Source: the human T2T-CHM13v2.0 reference genome, Homo sapiens
Assembly (NCBI RefSeq): GCF_009914755.1
Contig: NC_060932.1
DNA: 64,000 nucleotides
Strand: one strand, 5' to 3'
Shown here piece by piece: positions 13,771 through 30,545 of the stretch. Made by a program: the position numbers and the translations under genes. The notes under the pieces were generated by a model. That model saw only the letters and a list, made by a program, of their open reading frames with translations, was not told the origin of the DNA and did no database searches. The stretch's first letter is position 1, and each line of letters starts with the position of its first letter.

Positions 13771-16374
13771 TACTTTTACTTTAGGTTCAGGGGGTACATG
13801 TGTGGGTTTGCTGCATGGGTAAGTTGCATGTAACTTAGACTTGATGTACAAATTGGCCTATCACCAAACTGTGACTACAGTACCCAATATGTAGCCTTAC
13901 AACCCACAGGCCCTTCCCACCCTTCCTCCTCAAGCATTTCCCAGAGTCTGTCTTTCCCATGTTTGTGTCCATGTGCATTCAATGTTCAGCTCCCACTTCT
14001 AAGGGAAAATGTGCATATTTGTTTTTCTGTTCCTACATTGGTCCATTTATGACAATGTCTTCCAGCTGTATCCATGGTGCTGTAAAAGACATTATTTCAT
14101 TTTTTATGGCTATGTAGTATTTCATGGTGAATATGTACCACATTTTCTTTATCCAATCCACTATTGATGGACACCTTGGTTGATTCCATGTCTTTGCTAC
14201 TGTAAATAGTCCTGCGATGAACATATGGGTGCATGTGTCTTTTGGGTAGAATGATTTATTTTCCTTCGGGTATATACCAAATAGTGAGATTGCTGGGTTG
14301 AATGGTAGTTCTAAGTTCTATGAGAAAACTCCACAGTGCTTTCCACAGTGTCTGAGCTAAATTAAATCCCAAGCAGCAGCATATAAGGGTTCCCTTTTCT
14401 CCACAGCCTTGCCAGCATCTGTGGTTTTTTTAGTTTTTAATAATGGCTATTCTACTGGTATAAAATGGTATCTCATTGTGGTTTTGATATGTATTTCTCT
14501 GATGATTGGTGATGTTGAGCATTTTTTCATATGCTTTTAGGCTGTGCATATTTCTTCTTTTGAGAAGTGTGTTAATGTCCTTTGCCCAATTTTTAATGTG
14601 GTTATTTATTTTTGCTTGTTCATTTGTTTAAGTTCCTTATAGATTCTGAATATTAAATCTTTGTTGGAGGCAGTTTGTGAACATTTTTTCCATTCTGTAG
14701 GCAGTCTACTTAATCTGTTAGTTTCTTTTGCTGTGCAGGAACTCTTTGGTTTAATTAGGTCCAACTTGTCAATTTGTGTTTTGTTGTGAATTCCTTTTGG
14801 GGATTTAGTCATAAAATGTTTACCAAGGCTAATGTTCAGAATGATATTTCCTGAGTTTTCTTCTAAAGTTTTTATTGTTTTAGGTTTTACATTTAAACGT
14901 GATCCGTCTTGAGTTAGTTTTTGTATATTGTGAAAGGAAGATATATGGTTTAAATTATTTGCATATGGCTAGCCAGTTATCCAAGCACCATATTAAGTAG
15001 GGAGTCCTGTCTCGTTATTTGTCATTGTCTACTTTGTTGAAGATCAAGTGGCTGTAGGTTTGTGGATTTTTTTCTCAGTTCTCTGTCCTCTTTCTTTGGT
15101 GTATGTGTCCTTTTTTTGTATCAGTATCATGCAGTTTTGGTTACTGTAGTCTTGCACTATAGTTTGAAGTCAGTATAGTATGAGGCCTCCAGCTTAGTTG
15201 ATTTTGCTTAGGCTTACTTTGGCTATTAATGATCTTTTTTGGTTGCATATGAATTTTAGAATAGTTTTTCCTAATTCTGGGAAGAATGGTGTTAGTAGTT
15301 TAATAATAGCATTGAATCTGTAAATTTCTTTGGGGAGTATGGCTATTTTAACAATATTGATTCTTCTTATCCAAGAGTATGGAATATTTTCCATTTGTTT
15401 GCGTCATCTATGATTTTTTTTCAGCAGTGTTTTGTAATTCTCATTGTAGATATCTTTTACTTTGGTGAACTGTATTCCTAGGAATTTTATTCTTTGTTAT
15501 TTTAAATGGGACTGAGTTTTTGATTTTGCTCTTAGCTAGAATATCATTGGTGTATACCAATACTACTGGCTTTTGTACATTTATTTTGTATCCCAAAGGT
15601 TCACTGAAGTTATTAGTTCTAGAAATCTTCTGGTGGAGTCTATGGTGTTTTCTAGGTACGGAATCATATCTTCTGTGAAGAGAGATAGTTTGACTTTCCT
15701 TCTTTCTATTTGGATGCCTTTTATTTCCTCCTCTGGCCTGATTGCTTTGGCTAGTACTTCCAATATTGTGTTGGATAGGAGTGGTGAGAGTGGGCATCCT
15801 TTTATTGTTCCAGTTGTCAATGCTTCTAGCTTTTGTTCATTCATTATGATGTTGGCAGTGGTTTTCCCATAGATGGCTTTTATTATTTTGAACTATATTT
15901 ACTCAATGTCTAGCCTGTAGAAGGTCTTTATCGTGAGGGAATTCTGGATTTTATGGAGGGATTTTCTGCATCTATTGAGATGATCATGTGGTTTTTGTTG
16001 TTAGTCTTATGTGATGAATTACATTTATTGATTCATGTATGTGGAACTAACTTTGCTTTCCAGGAGTAAAGGCTGTATGATTGTGGTTAATTAACCTTCT
16101 GATGTGCTCCTGGATTTAGTTTGCTAGTATTTTCTTGAGGATTTTTGTGTCTATGTTCATTGGGGTTATTGCCCTGAAGTTTCCTCTTTTTGTTTTGTCT
16201 CTACCAGGCTTTAGTATTAGAATGATGCTGGCTTCACAGAATGAGTTAGAGAGGATTCCTTTTTCCTTGATTTATTGGAATAATTTCAGTCAGATTGGTA
16301 CTTGCTCTTCTTTGTATGGTTGGTAACATTAGGCTGTGAATGCGTCTTGTCCAGGGCTTTTTTTGGTTGGGACG

Positions 16375-18041
16375 TGTATTAGTCTGTTCTCATGCTGCTA
16401 ATAAAAACATACCTGAGACTCTGAGACTGGGTAATTTGTAGAGGAAAAAGCTTTAATTGACTCACAGTTCCATATGGCTGGGGAGGTCTCACAATTATGG
16501 CAGAAGACAAATTAGGAGCAAAGTCATGTCTTACATGGCAGTAAGCAAGAGAAAGTGTGTAGGGGAATTTCCCTTTATAAAACCAACAGATCTTGTGAGA
16601 CTTACTCACTATCATGGGAACTGCATGAGAAAGACCTGCCCCCCATAATTCAATTACCTCCTACCACGTCCCTCCCACAACATGTGGGAATTATGGGAGC
16701 TACAATTCAAGATGAGATTTGGGTGGGAACATAGCTAAACCATATCGTTCCACCCTGGTCCCTCCCAAATCTCATATCCTCATATTTCTAAACCCATCAT
16801 GTCTTCCCAACAGTCCCCCAAAGTCTTAACTCATTTCAGCATTAACTCAAAATTCCACAGTCCAAACTCATCTGAGACAAGACAAGTCCCTTCAACCTAT
16901 GAGCCTGTAAAATCAAAAGCAAGTTAGTTACTTCCTAACTCTGGAATGGAAAACCAAACATTGTATGTTCTCACTGATATGTGGGAGCTAAGCTTATGAG
17001 GATGCAAAGGCATGAGAATAATGCAATGGACTTTAAGACTTGGGGGGAAGAATGGGAGGGGACTGAGAGATAAAAGACTACAAATAGGGTGCAATGTATA
17101 GTGTGATGAGTATACATACAGGGTGATGAGTGCACCAAAATCTTACAAAGCAACAGTAAAGAAATTACTCATGTAACCACATACCACCTGTACCTCAATA
17201 ACCTATGGATAAATAAAAAATAAATGTAAAAAGCAAGTTAGTTATTTCCTAGATACAGTGGGGGTACAGGCATTGGGTAAATACAACCATTCCAAATGGG
17301 AGAAATTGGCCAAAATGAAGGGGTACAAGCCCCATGCAAGTCTGAAATCCAGCAGGGCAGTCAAATCTTAAAGCTCCAAAATGATCTCCTTTGAATCCAT
17401 ATCTCACATCGAGGTCATGGTGATGCACGAGGTGAGTTCCCATGGTCTTGAGCAGCTCCACCCCTGTGGCTTTGCAGGGTACAGCCCCCATCTTGGCTGC
17501 TTTCACAGGCTGGTGTTGAGTGTCTGCCACTTTTCTAGGTGCATGGTGTAAGCTGTCAGTGGATCTGCCATTCTGGGGTCTGGAGGATGGTGGCTCTCTT
17601 CTCAAAGCTCCACTAGGTAGTGCCCAAGGTGGGACTCTGTGTAGGGGCTCACACCCCACATTTTCCTTTCACATTGCCCTAGTAGAGGTTCTCCATAAGA
17701 GCTCTGCCCCTGCAGCACACCTCTGCCTGGACATTCAGGCATTTCCATACATCCTGTGAAATCTAGGCAGAGGTTCCCTAACCTCAATTCTTGACTTCTG
17801 TGTACTCACAAGCCCAATACCACATGTAAACCACCAAGGCTTGGGGCTTGCCCGCTCTGAAGCAGTGGCCTGAACCCTGTGTTGGCCCCTGTTAGCCTTT
17901 GCTGGAGTGGCTGGGACGCAGGGCACCAAGTCCTGAGACTGCACAAAGCAGCAAGGCTCTGGGCCTGGCCCACAAAACCATTTTTTTCTTCCTAGGCCTC
18001 CTAGTTTGTGATGGGAGGGGCTGCTGTGAAGACCTCTGACA
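16375..18041 (-). mobile_element. THE1 (MaLR) element: 3' LTR 16375-16747 + truncated internal region, no 5' LTR
   Basis: LTR tgtattagtctgttctcatgctgct...aaaccatatc, an adjacent polypurine tract on the minus strand, and THE1-int sequence to 18041. Confidence 0.9.
16938..17228 (+). mobile_element. Short L1 3' end (L1PB-like) inserted into THE1-int, 23-bp TSD
   Basis: gtatgttctcactgatatgtgggagctaagc...aataaaaaa. TSD aaaagcaagttagtta(c/t)ttccta at 16915-16937 and 17229-17251. Confidence 0.88.
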
Positions 18042-21000
18042 GTAACTTTTTATTACTGATTCAATTTTGAAATGCATTATTGGTCTGTTCAAGATTTTAA
18101 TATCTTCCTGGTTCAATTTTGAGTGACTGTGTGTTTCCAGGAAAGTATTTAATGTAGGTTTTCTAGTTTGTCTGTATAGAAATGTTTGTAGTAATGTTTG
18201 AGGATTTTTTTGTATTTCTGTGGTTTGGGTTGTAATGTCACCTTTGTCATTTCTGATTGTGCTTATTTGGATCCTCTCTCTTTTGTTCTTAATTAATATC
18301 GGTAGCAGTCTATCAATCTTGTTTAATTTTTGAAGAACCAACTTTTTCTTTTGTTTTTTTTTATGGATTTTTCCAACTCAATTTCATTCAGTTCAGGTCT
18401 GATTTTGCTTATTTATTTTCTGCTGCTAGCTTTGCAGTTGGTATGCTCTTGTTTCTCAAGTTTCTCTGGGTACAATGTTAGGCTGTTAATTTGAGAACTT
18501 TCTAACTTCTTGATGTAGGTTAGGTGTTTAGTGCTATAAACATTCTGCTCATGTGCTTTAGCTGTGTCCCAAAGATTCAGATATGTTGTGTCTCTATTTT
18601 CATTAGTTTCAAAGAATTTTTTGATTTCTGATTAATTTCACTGTTTACACAAAAGTCGTTCAGGAGCAGATTGTTTAACTTCCATGTAATTGTATAGTTG
18701 TAATAGATCTTTTTGATATTAATTTCTATGTTTATTTTGCTGTGGCTCAAGAGCGTGGTTGATATGAATTATTATTTTTCTTAGTTTGTTGAGACTTGTT
18801 TTATGGTTGAGCATATAGTTGATCTTAGTGTATGTGCCATGTACAGATAATAAGAATCTATATTCTGTTGTTTGTGGTGGAGTGTTCTGTAGATATCTAT
18901 TAAGTCCAGTTGGCCAACTGTCAAGTTTAAGTCCAGAATATCTTTTTTAGTTTTCTTCCTTGATGACCTGTCTAATGCTGAAGTCCCACAGTAATACTAT
19001 GTCATTGTCTAGATCCCTTCATAGTTCTCTAAGAACTTGTTTTATGGATCTGGATAGTCTAGTTTTGGGTTTGTATATATTTAGGATAGTTAAGTTTTCT
19101 TTATGGATTGAGCTATTTTATCATTATGTAATGCCATTTTTTGTCCTTTGTGATTATATTGTTTTAAAGAAGTCTGCTTTATCTGATATAAGAGTAGCAA
19201 CTCCCGCTTTTCTTGTTTTCCATTTGCCTGGTAGATCTTTCTCCATCCCTTTACTTTGAGCCTATGCGTATTATTACTTATGAGATAGGTCTCTTGAAGT
19301 CAGCAGACAGTTGCAGCCTCCTTTTTTATCTAACTTGCCACTCTATGTTCTTTAAGTGGAGCATTTAGCCCATTTACATTCAGGCTCAATATTGATATTG
19401 AGGATTTGGTTCTATCATTGTCTTGTTATGTAGACTTGATTGTATAGCTGCTTTACAGTGTCAATGTAGTACATGCTTAAGTATATTTCTGTGGTGGCAG
19501 GTATTGTTCTTTCTTTTCCATTTTTAGCACTCCCTTCAGGATCTCTTGTAAAGCAGGTCTAGTGGTAACAAATTTCCTTAGCATTTGCTTGTCTGAGAAG
19601 AATTTCACTTCTCCTTCACGTATCAAGCTTAGTTTGGTGGAATATGAAATTCTTGGTTGGAATTTATTTTCTTTAAAGGTATTGAAAATAGGTCCCCAGT
19701 CTCTTGTGGCTTGTAAATTTCTGCTGAAACATCCGTGGTTGGCCTGATGGTCTTCCCTTTGTAAGTGACCTGGTCCTTTTCTAGCTGCATTTAAGATATT
19801 TTCTTTCATGTTGACCTTGCAGAATCTAATGACTATGTGTCTTGGGGATGGTCATCTTGCATAATATGTCACAGGGGTTCTCTGAATTTCTTGAATTTGC
19901 ATGTCAACTTATCTAATGAGATTTGGGAAAAATTTGTGAACTATATTCTTAAATATGAGTTCTAAGTTGCTTTTCTCTCACCTCTTTCAGGAACGCTATC
20001 AAATCATACATTTGGTATCTTGACATAATCCCATATTTCACAGAGGTTTTATTCATTTATTAATATTCTTCATTCTTCATTTTTATCTGCCTGTGTTACT
20101 TTAAAGGAATTGTCTTCAAGCTCTGAGATTCTTTCCTCATCTTGGTTTATTCTGTTGTTAATTCTTCCAATTGTATTTTGAAATTTCTATAGTAAATTTT
20201 TTATTTCCAGTCTTTCAACTTTTAAATCATTTTGCTGTTTTCTTTTGGATTGGATTTCAACTTTTTCTTGAGCTTCCTTGTCATTCAGATTCTGAGTCTG
20301 ACATTTCAGCCATTTCAGTTTGGTTAAGAGAAAACACTCTGGCATTTAAGATTGCCAGTTCTTTCGCTGGATCTTTCTAATCTATGAGGGCTGATGATCC
20401 TTTATCCTGTGAGGTAACTGTCCTTTGGATGGCACTTTTTGTTCTTATGATCTATAATGCCATTGAAAATTAGACTGTGGTACAAGTTGGATGTAATTGA
20501 ATGGCTTCATTTCTGGATGCTTTCAGAGGTCCATGGCTCAACTCCACAATTCTGGGCTGCATGATCTAACTCTGGGTGGCTGGGACTGGGTCCACAGCTT
20601 TGTCCTCTGGTTTCTCAAGGTCAAGCACCAGCTGGGCTGGAGAAACCAGACTGCTTCCATACCACTGGTAACAATATTGTTTAGGGTACTGCATGGGGGC
20701 CGCAGGCATTAGTGCTCTGGAGGAAGTGACAGGGTTGCTTCAGGCTGGAGGTTCTCTGGTGAAGGGAAGTGGGAGCACTGCAGGCAGGAGGTGCTCTAGC
20801 AGGGGCACCACAGATGAGTGATGCTTCAGTGGAGGTGGGGGGCATTGCAGGTGGGAGGCACTTTGGTGGGTCACCTGGAGTGCTGTGGCCTAATGCGCTT
20901 TGAAGAGGTGGCAGTGGCATTGCATGCAATCACATTCCAGCAGAAAGCTGTCAGCCAAAAAGCTCCAGTGGCTGTCCCATTGTGCTGATGAAAGCACTAT

Positions 21001-21269
21001 GGCAGTGGCCACCTGGAAAAGCATTCTGATAGGATTTCTGTGGCTGCACTGCATGCAGTCATGGCCAGGCAGGAACTCTGGGAAGGGTTGGTGGACAGTG
21101 ATGTGAGCAGATCAGACTTGCTCCTGTGCCCTGGCAAAGACAGCTTTGCCCTCTCAAGGTCTGTCAGCTTCCACAGCTCAGACCCACCCCTTCCTTAGGA
21201 GTCATCCAGGGCTGAAATACATGCTGGCATGCAGCAACCCCATGCACGGTTACCAGCTTCCTACTTAAA

Positions 21270-23780
<2,511 letters not shown>

Positions 23781-23799
23781 ATATATACAATTTCTTCTA

Positions 23800-24630
23800 G
23801 GTTGTAAAGCTGGTTCATCATTTGTAAATCAATTAATGTAACATGTCTTGTCAATAGGCTAAAGAAGAAAAGACATGATTTTATCAATAGAAGGAGAAAA
23901 ATTTTTACCGAATTTAAGCCAAATTATGATAAAACTTTTTAGAAAACTAAGAATATAAGAAAACTTTCTGAATTTGAGAAAGAATATCTACAAAAATACA
24001 GCTAATATTAGACTTAATGGTAAGAAACAAAATGATTTATTACGAAGATAAAGAACAAGGCAAGAATGTAGCTATGAGCCATCATGTTTGCAGTTCAAAA
24101 TGCAAACCACACCAAATGTATTGTTGATGGGAATGCAAAATGATACAGTCACGTTGGACAGTTTGACAGTTTCTCAACTTACTCTTCCTGGATGATCCAA
24201 CAATTGTCCTTGGTACATATCCAAATGAGTTGAAAACATATTCACACAAAAACATGCACATGAATGTTCATGCACATGAGCTGTTGAGAAATTTTCATGC
24301 TCAGCAAATATATATCCAAATGAGTTGAAATCATATCCACACAAAAACATACACATGAATATTTATTGCAGCCTTATTAATAATTAACACAAATTGGAAG
24401 TAAGCAATATGCCCTTTGATAGGCAAATGAATACATACTGTTAGTTACATAGACATAATGGGGCATTATTTGGTGATTTAAAAAGTGAGACATTAGGTCA
24501 CAAAAAGATATGACAGACGTTTAAATGCTACTGTTAAGTTAAGCCATCTGAAAAGATTACATATTGTACTATTCCAACTATGTCACATTTTAGAAAATGT
24601 AAAACTATGGAAAACCCACTGGTTTCCAGG
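23800..24630 (+). mobile_element. Old L1 fragments (ORF2 + 3' region)
   Basis: tcaatagaaggagaaaa, atctacaaaaatacagctaatatt and gttgatgggaatgcaaaatga motifs. Confidence 0.65.
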
Positions 24631-25141
24631 GATTTATGTCTTACTGACCTAGTTCCCTCTAACATTTTACTTTTTTAGACCAAATAAATGCTACTAACAA
24701 GATATACTATTATGTTTTTAGAAAAAAAGTAATAAAAAGTAATTTGACTATCCTAAAACTGTTTCTGAAGTCAAAACTTATTGACAATCCAAACCTTCAA
24801 AATCTGTGTATATTTTCCAAGTGTTCACTTGAAAATTAATATAGTCATAAAAATATGCTTCTACTTTTCAAAACGTTTTTCAAATTTATTAGAATTTAAT
24901 TTCAAGTGTCATAAAACATATTGTGGCATTAATCTTATTTTATTATGACAATACTATTTAGATTAAAAATGCTACTATTCAAAAAATTAACATATTTTTG
25001 TTTTTTATTTCTAAGAAAGTAATTAGCTTTGGTATACCAGTTTCTTAAATTTGTATTTGCATATGGTAGTATGGCCAGAATTGCTTGACAAGATCAATGA
25101 GGTAAGTCAATTTTGATGTTTTTCTTTGTTTCTTTTTTTAG

Positions 25142-25278
25142 TATTCAAAGACAGTAACTTTAGAGGGATTTTCAGTTGTTATGACACAGTTGCTTGGAAT
25201 TAATCTGGGATTGACATATGATGACATCTACAACTGTAACTGTCCAGGAGCTACATGCGTAATGAATTCTAAGGCAAT
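25142..25278 (+). pseudogene. ADAM3-like exon with degenerate Zn motif: YSKTVTLEGFSVVMTQLLGINLGLTYDDIYNCNCPGATCVMNSKA
   Basis: Long polypyrimidine tract plus ag| acceptor and |gtaagg donor, 137 nt. QLLGINLGLTYDD replaces HExxHxxGxxH, and a 'CVM' Met-turn follows. Confidence 0.95.
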
Positions 25279-26432
25279 GTAAGGTGTTTTTTTTTAATCA
25301 AATATATGTCTTCTCTTGGAAAATGTAGGCATTATTCCTTGATGTGTGATTTTTGCATTGTAACTTGAGTAAGAATGTTATTAAATATATATGTGCTTAT
25401 TTAAGACTTTACAAGTTTGACTATGGGATTTTGTAGAAACCATGTTTAATAGTATTGCATTCAACATTATAGTATATATAGAGAGCAGATGTTGATGATT
25501 GTATACTTGGGTTTACTAAAGTTTATTGGAGCTGTTGAAAAATTTTTCAAGCCCAGCAAGTAAAACGGTTATTGGCTAGCAAGAAGCTTGAAAAGCTTAA
25601 TAGACCTGGAATAAGGAGATTGCAGTAGGTAAAATGTTTTTAAAAAGTAGAAAGGCTGGCACTGTAAATAGGAATATTCTAGACATAGTGAAAATAAAGT
25701 GAAATACCATCAGGCCGAATAACTTTGAGTCAGGGGAAGAAACCCAGGGGTTAATATAAGAAATGAAGGAAAGCACCTGATCATGCAATCATGATACAGG
25801 GATTTGAATTTCATTTTACACACATGCACACACACACACATAAACACACACACATACATTTTAATCAATTTATTCAGTATGGGTAATAAAAAATATCTCA
25901 TAAAATCAATGTAAAATAAATCAAAGGGAAAAACAATAATAATATTTGGGAGGTGGTAATTTTCATAATAATCTATAGTGGTTTATAATGATTTAGATAA
26001 AGGGAGATGCCAAGAATTATCCATAGGTTTTCATATATTATAACTTATTAACAAATATTTTAAGAGGTCATTAATTTAGGAAACGAGAATAGTGAGGGTA
26101 AATCTTGACGACGTTTTATATACATTGTATCTGGGGTATTTTAAGTAATTCACTGGAGCTGTTAACACAGAATGAGTTATATAGTTCCAGATCTCAGAGA
26201 ACAAGCGATATAAAATGTACAAGCCATCAGTATATGAGTAACAATTAAAACCACAGACAGATCATTTAGAAAGAAGTTATCAAGTTAAAAGAGGTATCTT
26301 AGAGAAAGCTTTGAAAATTGCTTATATTTATAGGCTAAAAATTGAGGGAAAGTCAGTAATATGAAGGATCAGAAAGAAAGAAAATATTAGGACAACAACC
26401 ATGTTAAGGTGTAATTTTACCTAGAGTGGAAT

Positions 26433-26719
<287 letters not shown>

Positions 26720-28033
26720 TCAGGATGTAGTTTAGTGTCTCCAAATTATCTTATAAAATAGAAAGAAAAACTATAAAAACATATGTATATACATACAAAC
26801 ACATAGAGACACACAGACACACAAAAGCATATGCAAGTTCCCCAAAACCAGAACACACAGAATACCAGCAGGTGGGGCCAATCAACTGCCAAAATAAAAC
26901 CTGCATTTAATAAGTAGTGGTGTGGGAGGAAATGGAATACAATGGGGACCTAAAAATCATACAGACTGGGAACTCAGAAATTTTGGACTAATAAAAACCT
27001 CAAAAATTTTTTGTTCCCATGAAGAATGTTTATTTGTAAGTTCATAGCATTATAGGAGCTGAAATTGGTGGAGATTTTGCAAATTGTGGGTGAGAGGAAA
27101 AGAGCTATTAACATTACTTAAGATGCTGATATGGTCTCGATCTCTGTCCAGAAAAAATCTGGTAAAAATGAGCAAATGTCTCATCCAGATTACACTTTTT
27201 CAATATTATTTTCCACTAAAAGAAATATGGATATCTTGAAGAAATGACTGGTTCCAAGGCTCAGGCAGAGAAAATTAAAAATTAGCCTGGAATGCCTTCT
27301 ATAAAAAATAAGGAGATTCACAAAGTATCATGGAGATAACACAAAGGCCAGTTAGAAAGGGCTCCAACAGGCCAAAACTGGGACAATTCGAATGTCAAAG
27401 ATTATAATGGTACTAATGGATTACAACCCATTGAGTAAAATATGAAAACATGATTCCAAACTGATATAAATACATTAATGTATTTAAAATATAATTAGAA
27501 ATGGATTGTTTACATAAAACCAAAGGGTTTCTCTCCAAGGAATTATCAACAGACAAAGGAAAAAAAAGTAATTTTCCAGGGAATACTGGCATGGACACCT
27601 TAATCAACTGATCAAAGTGACTATTCTCAGTAATATAACAAATCGAGATTGTTCACAACTTTTTGTATTGCAATGAAACAAACAAAGCAACACTGCTATA
27701 ATAATATTGTAAAGATGCATAACCTCAGTCTAATCATAAAAATATATTTTATAAACCTAAATTAAGGTAATTTCTACCCCAAAATTGGCCTGTAATCATC
27801 AAACTTATCAAAATCATGAAAATCAATCAAAAAAAAAATCTTAGGAATGTAAGGTAAGGAGATGTGAGAACTAAACGTGATGTTTGATTCTGAACTGCAT
27901 CATTTTGCTACAAAATGCCAATATTGTGATGTATATAAATGTTTGTACCACACCATTATTTCCTGATTTTGAAGGGTCTGCTGTGCCTATGTAGGAAAAT
28001 TCAAATTTATGTAAGATCTATATATTAAAATAT

Positions 28034-28990
28034 TGACATAGTTTGCACCTGTGTCCCAACCCAAATCTCATATTGAAATGTAATCCCCCAATGTTGGAGG
28101 TGGAGCCTTGTGGGAGGTGATTGGATCATGGGGGCATATTTTTCATGAATGGTTTAGCACTATTCTCCTTGGTACAGTTCTAACACTAGGGAGTGTGTTC
28201 TCATGAGATCTGGTCATTTAAAAGTATGTAGCACCCCACCCCTTGCTCTCTTGCTCCTGCTTTCACCATGTGATGTGACTGCTTCCCCTTTGCCTTCCGC
28301 CATAATTGGAAGCATCCTGAAGTCTCCCCAGAAACAGATACTGCTATGCTTCCTGTACCGCCTGCAGAACCATGAGCCTATTAAACCTATTTTCTTATGA
28401 ATTACCCAGTCTCAGGTATTTTTTTATAGCAATTCAAGAATGGCCAAATACAGAAAATTGGTACCAGAGGTGAGGTATTGCTGTAAAGATACCTGAAAAT
28501 GTTGACGTGACTTTGGAATTGAGTAACAAGTAAAGGCTGGAAGAGTTTGGAGGACTATGAAAAATACAGGAATATGAGGGAAAGTTTGGAACTTCATTTA
28601 GAGACTGATTAAATGCTTGTGGCCAAAATGCTGATAGTGATATGGACAATGAAGTCTAGACTGAGGTGGTCTCAGATGGAAATGAGGAACTTATTGGGAC
28701 CTGGATCAATTGTCACAAATTTTATGCCTCATCAAAGAGCTTGGCTGCATTCTGTTCATGTCTTAGGGATCTGTGGAAGTTGAATTAAAGAGTGATGATT
28801 TATAATAACTGGTAGAAGAAATTTCTAGGAAGCAGTATTTAAGTTTGGCTTGGCTGCTTCTAACAGCCTATGTTCATACACAAGAGAAAAGAAATGACTT
28901 AAAGCTGGAACCTTATTTAAAAGAAAAGCAGAGCATCAAAGTTTGGAAAATTTACAGCCTAACCAGGAGAAAAATTCAAGGAGGCTTCTG
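28034..28990 (+). mobile_element. MST (MaLR) 5' LTR (28034-28452) plus partial internal sequence
   Basis: tgacatagtttg..tgtgtccc..cccaaatctcat start and aatggccaaataca end, followed by gaaaattggtaccagag internal sequence. Confidence 0.85.
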
Positions 28991-29929
28991 AGTAACCCAA
29001 AGTGTAAGACAGGAAGTTTTTATTGCTCTCTTTTACTATTGATCGTAAGTACAAAAAACTTTCTGTTTTTCTTTTCTGTCTACTCTCTAACAGGCCAGTT
29101 TCAATAAAGCTTGTATTAAATTTAAGGATTTGATGCAATTTTTAAAAATACATTTCCTGCTTACTAATAGACACAACCCTAAGTTCAAAGATAAAAAAGA
29201 AACAGCTGCTTTGTTGAAACAGCTGCTTTGCTAACACATAACAGTGATTAACATGTTTGTAATCATTATTAAGATATTCCTCTTCGTAATGTCTAAAAAA
29301 ATATGATTGGTACTAGATAATATTGGTAATGTATTGGTCAGTTTGTCTTGATAATGAATGGCCATAAAAGGAAAACACTGCAGAAGATCAGGTGGAAGAT
29401 GGGGCTAGCCTCCTGCTAAGTGAATCTTTGTTTCAAATAGTAACAAGATTTTTGATCTATGTATCTCTTGGGTATCTTTGCATTCTGGCTGACAATTCTA
29501 ACAAGCTTTCATATATGATAGCAATAGGTCATTTTAGCTCTTTGCTTTTTTAGTCCACAGTGTGCAATATTTCAGAAGAGTAGAGAGAGCTTCTCCCTTC
29601 CAACATTCATTTCAATACTTGGTAGTGGAGGAAAACATGACTGATCTTGTGAAACTGAATTTCCCATCACTGTACTATCACTGTATCTGAGGGTGAGTGT
29701 TCAGATTATTACCCTGTGTCAGAAGCAGATTCATGAGATTTATAACCCCCTCATAGTGGAGGTGGAACAGATCTTGAAAAGAAAATTACTTGAACTGCAA
29801 AATGAAAAAGATGTCTATCAGACATTTTATTTTCATTAAGCATAAATACTTTCTAGTTTTTTTTGAAGAAAAAAGATATTTTGAAGAAAATAGGATGCAT
29901 TTTAACTATGAGTGCTTTCACTAGAAATT

Positions 29930-30365
29930 TTTTTAAATTGGAGTGAAATTCACAAATCATAAAATTGACCATTTTCAAGTGGCCAACTCAGTGGCATTTA
30001 GTACATACACAACGTTGTACATCTATCTACTTCCAAAACATGTTCATCAACACAAAAGGAAACCCCTGACCCATTAAGCAGTTGCTCACATTCTCCCTTC
30101 CCCTCAGACCCTGGAAACCGCCCCTCTGTGTTGTCTTAATGGAGTCCCCTATTCTGGATATTTCATATAAGTAGAATTGTACAATAGTTGACCTTTTGCA
30201 TCTGACTTTCTTCACTTAGCATAGTGTTTTTGAGGTTCATCCTCCTTGCAATATGTATCCATACTCCATTTCTTTTTATTATTTGAAAGTATGCTATTTT
30301 ATGTATATTTACAATGTATTTATCCCTTCATCAATAGATGGATATTTGGGTCCTTTCCAGTTTAT
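29930..30365 (-). mobile_element. L1M 3' fragment
   Basis: cataaaattgaccattt, ctattctggatatttcatat and cacttagcatagtgttt motifs. Confidence 0.75.
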
Positions 30366-30545
30366 TTCACTAGAATTTTTTTAGCAAATCCGTAGTTTAA
30401 ATTGTTAAGTGATAGAAATGATAGATGCTAATACAATGTACCTTTTGAAATTTTCGACATTTTTTATTAACCCCTTTATATGTATGTGTGTGTGTGTGTA
30501 TATATATATCTATATACACACATTTTGTTTCCCTTTGTCTCACAG

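Larger units (their letters stand above)
13770..21260 (-). mobile_element. Near-full-length degraded L1 (L1PB/old L1PA type), interrupted by THE1
   Basis: 3' UTR at ~13770, ORF2 fragments (e.g. 14033-14224, 15581-15844, 17892-18341), an ORF1 fragment at 19477-19809 (RPALQEILKGVL) and a GC-richer 5' UTR at ~20400-21260. Confidence 0.88.

Noticed and set aside
17249-17944. Cluster of GC-rich overlapping ORFs
   Set aside because: These are THE1 internal sequence, a common source of spurious ORFs.
20497-21106. GC-rich patch with ORFs as a possible promoter or gene
   Set aside because: Its position and composition fit the 5' UTR of the minus-strand L1, and it is CpG-depleted.
25041-25107. Candidate for the missing exon, with a strong GAG|GTAAGT donor
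   Set aside because: It gives no ADAM-like translation, and the implied intron to 25142 would be only ~40 nt.
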